Origin: an uncultured virus (IMG/VR IMGVR_UViG_3300027126_000148)
Taxonomy: Duplodnaviria > Heunggongvirae > Uroviricota > Caudoviricetes
Virus record (IMG/VR): IMGVR_UViG_3300027126_000148
Length of the DNA: 20,000 bases
Strand: one strand, 5' to 3'
The notes under the pieces are model-generated. The model had not been told where the DNA came from and did not search any database. It saw only the letters and a list, made by a program, of their open reading frames with translations. The position numbers and the translations under genes were made by a program. Positions 17,465 through 20,000 of this stretch are shown here, piece after piece (the first letter of the stretch is position 1; each line of letters starts with the position of its first letter).

Positions 17465-17890
17465 TTAGTCGGCCAGATTGGCGACATCTTCAACGGGGAA
17501 CGTGAGGAACTTAGGCGGAGTCTTTGCCTTTTTGTAAAGGGTAATCGTCGCCAGTTCTTCAGCGGTAGCAGGACGACCGTCCACAAGATAGCCAATCGTC
17601 TTCATGGCAGAAGACGGAAGCGCGGCAACGTAGTGACGACCAGTAACAGGGTGCTTGACCAGTCCGGGCTTGACCCAGACGAACCACGGCTTGTCACCGG
17701 GTGCGTCTTCATGGCGATTCCCGTAGGAATCAGGACCGGCCAATGTCACAACCACGCGGTGATTCTTCATCACGCGGCCAAGTAAAGGGTTCAAAGGAAG
17801 GCCAGATCTGCCGCCTGTCTTCATGGAATGTTCCCCACGAAGGAGAACTGTGCAGATGCTACCTGCACGAATTTTATTGAGGTCAATCAT
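17465..17890 (-). CDS. Hypothetical protein, GC-rich paralogue of 18294..18740
   Basis: 141 aa; shares TGGRSGLPLN, GRV, TLAG, WF..VK.G.VKH..TG..Y.A.LP, LVDG and KFLT with 18294..18740; own terminator. Confidence 0.85.
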   Translation of the reverse strand: MIDLNKIRAGSICTVLLRGEHSMKTGGRSGLPLNPLLGRVMKNHRVVVTLAGPDSYGNRHEDAPGDKPWFVWVKPGLVKHPVTGRHYVAALPSSAMKTIGYLVDGRPATAEELATITLYKKAKTPPKFLTFPVEDVANLAD

Positions 17891-17931
17891 GATGCGTTGG
17901 TTTTTTAGTGCCGCTCACTCGCGACGGAAAG

Positions 17932-17960
17932 AGAGTCGCACGGTTCCCATTTGATTGCAA
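17932..17960 (-). promoter_or_regulatory. Possible sigma70-type promoter TTGCAA-N17-GACTCT for 17465..17890
   Basis: Good -35 and 17-bp spacing with a TG extension, weak -10; A/T tract upstream. Confidence 0.35.
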
Positions 17961-17986
17961 CCCACTTTCTCAAATAATTTTCGCCC

Positions 17987-18076
17987 CTAGGCTGGCACAC
18001 TCTTTGCTCCCCAGCACGTTTCATGCCAAGTCTAGGTTGGCACACTCTTTGCTCCCCAGCAAGTCCCATGCCAAGT
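17987..18076. repeat. Two tandem 45-bp repeats, each a head-to-head pair of sigma-54-type boxes
   Basis: CTAGGCTGGCACACTCTTTGCTCCCCAGCACGTTTCATGCCAAGT / CTAGGTTGGCACACTCTTTGCTCCCCAGCAAGTCCCATGCCAAGT. Confidence 0.9.
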
Positions 18077-18192
18077 CCGTGGAAAGGATAGTTTCCCAAT
18101 CTGGGGTCCCCAATTCGAAAAACTATCGTCGCCCATAGCTTGGCATGATTCCTGCTCTGGCATGGTTCCTGCTCCCAGCATAGACTATGCCA
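17993..18192. promoter_or_regulatory. Cluster of seven sigma-54 (RpoN) -24/-12 type boxes TGGCAY-N6-TGCT
   Basis: +17993-18008, -18013-18028, +18038-18053, -18058-18073, +18141-18156, +18158-18173, -18177-18192; all have exact GG-N10-GC spacing. Confidence 0.75.
18087..18127. repeat. Dyad element copy 1
   Basis: GATAGTTT-CCCAATC-TGGGGTCCCCA-ATTCGAA-AAACTATC, centred at 18107. Confidence 0.9.
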
Positions 18193-18257
18193 AGTGCCCG
18201 TTAACGTAGAAAATTAAAGTAGATTTACTTCTCGTATATATATAAGTACATGTTAAA

Positions 18258-18287
18258 TTGTCATAGTCAGTTTGGCTCTTATATAAA
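18258..18287 (+). promoter_or_regulatory. Possible sigma70-type promoter TTGTCA-N18-TATAAA for 18294..18740 (leaderless)
   Basis: -35 at 18258-18263, -10 at 18282-18287, ATG 7 nt later. Confidence 0.4.
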
Positions 18288-18293
18288 TACAAC

Positions 18294-18740
18294 ATGATTA
18301 ATATAAATACAATCAAGGCGGGGCATATTGCTACTGTTTTGATGCAGGGTGAATATAAATTAAACACTGGCGGTCGCTCCGGTCTTCCCTTGAATGAATA
18401 CAAGGGTCGTGTGACAAGAGCTTATCGTTTTGCGATAACGCTTGCGGGTGAGGAAACGTATAACAATAAATACCCTGATTCAGTCGGCAAACCTAATTGG
18501 TTTGAGTTTGTGAAGGATGGTGTTGTTAAACATAAGACTACCGGCCAATTGTATTTGGCTGGGCTTCCCACCAATAGCAAAAAGAATAGGTTTGACCTAT
18601 TGGTAGACGGTCAACCTATCACAGAAGAGCAGTATAACTATATACAAAAGTATCGGAGTGACAAAGAGGAAGCCAAGTTTCTCACTATTGCAATTGACAA
18701 TGTGATAAACGTAGAAGATCCTGCAACATACGTTGACTGA
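18294..18740 (+). CDS. Hypothetical protein, AT-rich paralogue of 17465..17890
   Basis: 148 aa; hand alignment gives 48/92 identities without gaps over the N-terminal part. Confidence 0.85.
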   Translation: MININTIKAGHIATVLMQGEYKLNTGGRSGLPLNEYKGRVTRAYRFAITLAGEETYNNKYPDSVGKPNWFEFVKDGVVKHKTTGQLYLAGLPTNSKKNRFDLLVDGQPITEEQYNYIQKYRSDKEEAKFLTIAIDNVINVEDPATYVD

Positions 18741-18752
18741 TTAAATAGTGGG

Positions 18753-18773
18753 GCGCGTATACTATAAACGCGC
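18753..18773 (+). other. Intergenic GC hairpin (pause, processing site or weak terminator)
   Basis: GCGCGT-N9-ACGCGC in an AT-rich spacer; no strong T-run. Confidence 0.4.
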
Positions 18774-18791
18774 ATTTAATAATAAAACACT

Positions 18792-18995
18792 ATGAATACC
18801 AAAATCACAGAAGCCGAAGCAATTGAAATTCGTCTCGCTCTTGAAGATCGTATCAATATTATCAACAAACATATAGCAGAATGCGGGGCTTTAAATGAAT
18901 TAGGACACGTTAATTACTGGCAAGATAAATTGCAAAAGGCGCAATCTGCACATAATAAATTGCGCCATTCAATTCTGTTTATGGCTGGTGAATAA
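18792..18995 (+). CDS. Small helical protein, paralogue of 19023..19217
   Basis: 67 aa; shared I(E/D)IR.A....I...NK.IAEC...N...DK......KL pattern. Confidence 0.75.
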   Translation: MNTKITEAEAIEIRLALEDRINIINKHIAECGALNELGHVNYWQDKLQKAQSAHNKLRHSILFMAGE

Positions 18996-19022
18996 ATAAT
19001 AAACCACTTATCCTAATACAAT

Positions 19023-19217
19023 ATGAATAACAAACTAGCTGTGATGGAAATGATTGATATACGAATAGCGATTCAGTCAAGTATAGACGATTGTAATAAG
19101 AGCATAGCAGAGTGTGACAAGTATAATTTAAACAAAGACATCTTTGTTGATAAAAGAGATAGCCTCATTAGCGGCTTATCTAAATTGAATAAGCAGTATA
19201 ATGATTTCATGCTATGA
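19023..19217 (+). CDS. Small helical protein, paralogue of 18792..18995
   Basis: 64 aa; same pattern and a similar AATAATAAA..ACT leader. Confidence 0.75.
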   Translation: MNNKLAVMEMIDIRIAIQSSIDDCNKSIAECDKYNLNKDIFVDKRDSLISGLSKLNKQYNDFML

Positions 19218-19264
19218 TAATATTATTGTTTGTCCTACTAATAGTAGGAATGGTATCTAAATAG
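19214..19264 (+). CDS. Possible 16-aa hydrophobic micropeptide MIILLFVLLIVGMVSK
   Basis: ATGA overlap with the upstream stop; ends 10 nt before the terminator. Confidence 0.35.
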   Translation: MIILLFVLLIVGMVSK

Positions 19265-19274
19265 CGCTATCAAC

Positions 19275-19309
19275 AAACCCTCTGTAGTAATACAGGGGGT
19301 TTCTTGTTT
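19275..19309 (+). terminator. Rho-independent terminator of the plus-strand AT-rich unit
   Basis: AAACCCTCTGTA-GTAA-TACAGGGGGTTT then CTTGTTT. Confidence 0.8.
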
Positions 19310-19334
19310 ATAAATAGCTGTTTATAAATAAGCG

Positions 19335-19373
19335 ATAGTTTTTGACTTTGGGGTCCCCAAAACTATAAACTAT
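19335..19373. repeat. Dyad element copy 2
   Basis: ATAGTTT-TTGACTT-TGGGGTCCCCA-AAACTAT-AAACTAT, centred at 19354. Confidence 0.9.
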
Positions 19374-19406
19374 GAAAACAGTGATAAATCACTAGTAATA
19401 CTATTA

Positions 19407-19458
19407 TTTGGCCTTTATTTGCGTAATATTTGCGTAATGTTTGATTAATATTTGACAC
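19407..19458. repeat. Degenerate 11-bp tandem repeat (TTTG every 11 bp)
   Basis: TTTGGCCTTTA TTTGCGTAATA TTTGCGTAATG TTTGATTAATA TTTGACAC. Confidence 0.7.
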
Positions 19459-19490
19459 AAAAAAACCCCACTGTTTATCACAGTAGGGCT
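19459..19490 (-). terminator. Rho-independent terminator of 19509..19718
   Basis: Minus strand GCCCTACTGT-GATAA-ACAGTGGGGT followed by a T-run. Confidence 0.8.
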
Positions 19491-19508
19491 ATTGTATTTG
19501 TTTAGGGT

Positions 19509-19718
19509 TTAATTGATAAAGCCGTCAGGATTGATTTCACGATACTCAGTGGAAAACCGAGTGGCGCGTTTGACCATCACGATGACGCCGAGATGCTCCG
19601 TTCCCTCTGCCGGTTGATTCTCAGCGTCCGGTTCAAAGGGGAGCCAACTGGAGAAACGGAATCCCTTTTTCTTAAGGGCGGTTTCGGATTTGCTCTGGGC
19701 TTCAGTGGTTTGATACAT
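19509..19718 (-). CDS. Hypothetical protein (69 aa, MYQTTEAQ...), GC-rich; start revised from 19868
   Basis: ATG at 19718 follows an A-rich leader and a TTGATC-N17-CACAAT promoter-like sequence; the longer ORF call runs through regulatory elements. Confidence 0.7.
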   Translation of the reverse strand: MYQTTEAQSKSETALKKKGFRFSSWLPFEPDAENQPAEGTEHLGVIVMVKRATRFSTEYREINPDGFIN

Positions 19719-19821
19719 AGTGATTTTTTTGTTGTTTCTTACCGTCGCGCAGATTGTGGCTGACTTTTCATCTGAGATCAACAGGAAAAGTGGTTTGTCA
19801 CCAGAATTTAACAAAGGGGTT

Positions 19822-19837
19822 TGGCACGGTCCTTGCT
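19822..19837 (+). promoter_or_regulatory. Sigma-54-type box TGGCACGGTCCTTGCT
   Basis: Essentially the RpoN consensus TGGCACG-N4-TTGCW, 5 bp from dyad copy 3. Confidence 0.75.
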
Positions 19838-19842
19838 TCGGC

Positions 19843-19881
19843 ATAGTTTCCAGATCTGGGCTCCCCAAAAGCCAAAACTAT
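19843..19881. repeat. Dyad element copy 3
   Basis: ATAGTTT-CCAGATC-TGGGCTCCCCA-AAAGCCA-AAACTAT, centred at 19862. Confidence 0.9.
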
Positions 19882-19914
19882 AAAAAAACCCCGTTATACT
19901 AATATAACGAGGTT
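19882..19914 (-). terminator. Rho-independent terminator of a minus-strand unit lying to the right
   Basis: Minus strand AACCTCGTTATA-TTAG-TATAACGGGGTT followed by a T-run. Confidence 0.8.
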
Positions 19915-20000
19915 GTGTTATTTGCTGACTATTTGACAATATTAGTCATTATGATCCGCCCATGTAGGGTCTTCATTTATATATCTATTGCGCCTAGTGT

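Noticed and set aside
16369..17595. ORFs 16369..16578 and 17389..17595
   Set aside because: The first is antisense to 16241..16582; the second is an alternate frame of 17465..17890 that runs through its terminator.
17987..18192. CRISPR array interpretation of the repeats
   Set aside because: Repeats are adjacent or inverted with no unique spacers of regular length, and no cas genes are present.
17905..18403. ORFs 17905..18099, 17908..18138 and 18185..18403
   Set aside because: They read through the sigma-54 repeats and dyad or lie antisense to 18294..18740; the repeated peptide only mirrors the DNA repeat.
19719..19902. N-terminal extension of 19509..19868 and ORF 19720..19902
   Set aside because: They overlap a promoter-like sequence, the sigma-54 box, the dyad and a terminator; ATG 19718 is a better start.
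1..20000. tRNA/rRNA genes, introns or inteins, stop-codon reassignment, integrase
   Set aside because: No such structure or motif seen; TerL, portal and capsid are uninterrupted and of normal size under the standard code.

Overview
Fragment of an AT-rich tailed-phage (Caudoviricetes-like) genome. Bases 1-15153 are a minus-strand late module: zinc-ribbon protein, phage sigma factor, probable TerS, C2H2-finger/ERCC4 nuclease, TerL, portal, tail-tube-like protein, head accessory and ferritin-like genes, prohead protease/scaffold, decoration protein, major capsid protein and the start of a tail-fibre-like gene. Several gene starts in 1-17083, including those of structural units, are preceded by an RTGTA+AT-rich motif, a candidate late promoter. 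15212-17068 holds a HExxH protein, PhoH, a Cys-rich protein and an HNH-like nuclease. After a skewed non-coding junction (about 17085-17415) comes the most unusual part: small gene units of contrasting GC content, each ending in its own terminator, separated by three copies of an exactly spaced 39-bp dyad (ATAGTTT-N7-TGGGSTCCCCA-N7-AAACTAT). This region also has eight sigma-54-type -24/-12 boxes; seven lie within 200 bp, six of them in head-to-head pairs. Family assignments come from motif recognition by eye; no database searches were run.
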